DNA of 13,618 nucleotides from NCBI GenBank assembly GCA_964522265.1, contig CAZFVS010000012.1:3501-17118 (forward strand), in the 5' to 3' direction. The DNA is from an uncultured Gammaproteobacteria bacterium (GTDB lineage: Bacteria > Patescibacteriota > Microgenomatia > Daviesbacterales > UBA10151). The notes under the pieces were generated by a model. The model ran no database searches. It saw nothing but the letters and a program-made list of their open reading frames with translations, and was not told the origin of the DNA. Made by a program: the position numbers and the translations under genes. Positions 12,760 to 13,618 of this stretch are shown here, in pieces; the first letter of the stretch is position 1, and every line of letters begins with the position of its first letter.

Positions 12760-13618
12760 GTTCCTCCTCACCCCCTCCAAAGCTGTGGATTAAGGCAGAA
12801 TATTTGCCTTCAGCTTTCAAAAGATTTGGTATAAAAATATACTCATTTTCTTTGTGGGCCATCTCCAGATTACCGGCGCCGAATGTTATACAGGGTATTT
12901 TATTGAAGACCTGCCAAAGCATTTGGGTATCTATAAACCCAAAAGACCCGAGGCCTAAGTAATTTTTGCCTGTAATTTTTTCAATCTTTTTTAGCCTATT
13001 TTTTGGTGTTATCCATAATCCAAAATCATGTCTAACTTTATAATTTATTATTTTTAAACCCTCTTTTTTGATCAAACTTTTAAATATTTCAACCACCCTT
13101 TTTGCATTTAATTTTGGGTCAGCAGGCCTAATATCCAAAACAAATTCAGCTATGTCTGCAACATTATTTCCTTCCCTGCCAATCTCTTTGCCTAAATCCA
13201 AACCGCCTTGAATATAAGCTAAATTACAGCTGGTTTTCCCAAGCATATTATCCTGGTACTTTTCCATAATATTTTTTAGTTCATTTATGGCATTTATACT
13301 GCCCAGGATGGCATTTTTACCATTTTGGGGTTTTGAAGCATGTGCTGTCTTCCCTTTGACTTGAAAATTTATTTCAATTAAGCCCCTGCAACCATTGCCG
13401 ATACTAAGGTTGTACCCATCTGCAGAAATAATCAGTTTTGGGTTAATTTTACACTTGTACTCATCAATAAATTTTTTCATCCCCAAAAAATCATATTCTT
13501 CATCAACATACAAAAGCAGCATTAAGCCTTTGGTTTTTTCAGCTTTTTCTAAAGCACAAATTAGGGCTGCCAAAGAGCCTTTCATGTCTGTTGCTCCAAG
13601 CCCAAAAAGTTTTTCACC
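12746..13618 (-). CDS. M20 family metallopeptidase/deacylase (ArgE/DapE-like); N-terminus lies outside the window
   Basis: The frame stays open to the window edge (GEKLFGLGATDMKGSLAALI ... = GxGxxDMKG motif). Also LLYVDEEYDFLG (metal-binding Glu-Glu region) and a C-terminal EMAHKENEYI (His ligand context). Stop at 12746-12748. Confidence 0.85.
   Translation of the reverse strand, partial: GEKLFGLGATDMKGSLAALICALEKAEKTKGLMLLLYVDEEYDFLGMKKFIDEYKCKINPKLIISADGYNLSIGNGCRGLIEINFQVKGKTAHASKPQNGKNAILGSINAINELKNIMEKYQDNMLGKTSCNLAYIQGGLDLGKEIGREGNNVADIAEFVLDIRPADPKLNAKRVVEIFKSLIKKEGLKIINYKVRHDFGLWITPKNRLKKIEKITGKNYLGLGSFGFIDTQMLWQVFNKIPCITFGAGNLEMAHKENEYIFIPNLLKAEGKYSALIHSFGGGEEEHGKD

Noticed and set aside
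12760-12780. Upstream TTG starts used by the ORF track: 12780 for the GNAT-like gene, 10723 for the transporter, 9650 for the 120-aa ORF, 7980 for prmC and 6072 for htrA
   Set aside because: In every case an ATG lies 1-10 codons downstream and is better placed relative to an SD (GAGGAGG, AAGGGGG) or to a -10 box 8-9 nt upstream. The ATG starts were adopted.
10032-12834. Shadow ORFs inside or opposite the transporter, hisS and GNAT-like genes: 10032-10310, 10122-10391, 10407-10628, 10458-10646, 10764-11177, 11307-11510, 11811-12044, 12288-12476, 12510-12734 and 12604-12834
   Set aside because: Each overlaps a gene with clear homology-type motifs and has no independent initiation signals. Their composition is consistent with off-frame translation.
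1-13618. Search for CRISPR arrays, tRNA/rRNA genes, integrases, transposases, direct repeats bounding an island, or defence-type genes (nucleases, helicases, ATPases)
   Set aside because: None was seen. Non-coding gaps are all about 105 nt or shorter and are occupied by promoter-like sequences. The only repeat-like structure is the 84-bp palindrome in prmC, and no long direct repeats were evident by eye.

Overview
Compact, visibly AT-rich bacterial chromosome segment with almost no intergenic space (largest gap about 105 nt). It uses the standard code: TGA closes rpsR, the 203-aa ORF and the S41 protease. Gene order: ychF 3' end (+); small membrane ORF (-); rpsF-ssb-rpsR (+), followed with no gap by a cyanophycin-synthetase-like stand-alone ATP-grasp ligase, two translationally coupled proteins of unknown function, an S41 C-terminal processing protease and an HtrA/DegP protease (+); rpmE-prfA-prmC (-); a small anchored ORF (-); a DMT/EamA transporter (-); hisS (-); and an M20 (ArgE/DapE-type) metallopeptidase that runs off the 3' edge and overlaps a downstream zinc-ribbon GNAT-like gene (-). 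I see no rRNA, tRNA, CRISPR array, integrase or transposase. Shortened RF1 and PrmC, extended ribosomal proteins and tight packing suggest a reduced-genome lineage such as CPR/Patescibacteria, but that is inference only. The four observations most worth a second look: (1) the ATP-grasp plus two unknown ORFs chained to the S6-SSB-S18 operon by stop/start abutment and overlaps; (2) an 84-bp GC-rich nested palindrome inserted in frame inside prmC; (3) six genes with a near-consensus sigma70 promoter 8-9 nt upstream of an ATG that lacks a Shine-Dalgarno, implying leaderless mRNAs; (4) the overlapping M20 peptidase / Cys-rich GNAT pair. All functional calls rest on motifs I recognised by eye. No database search was run.
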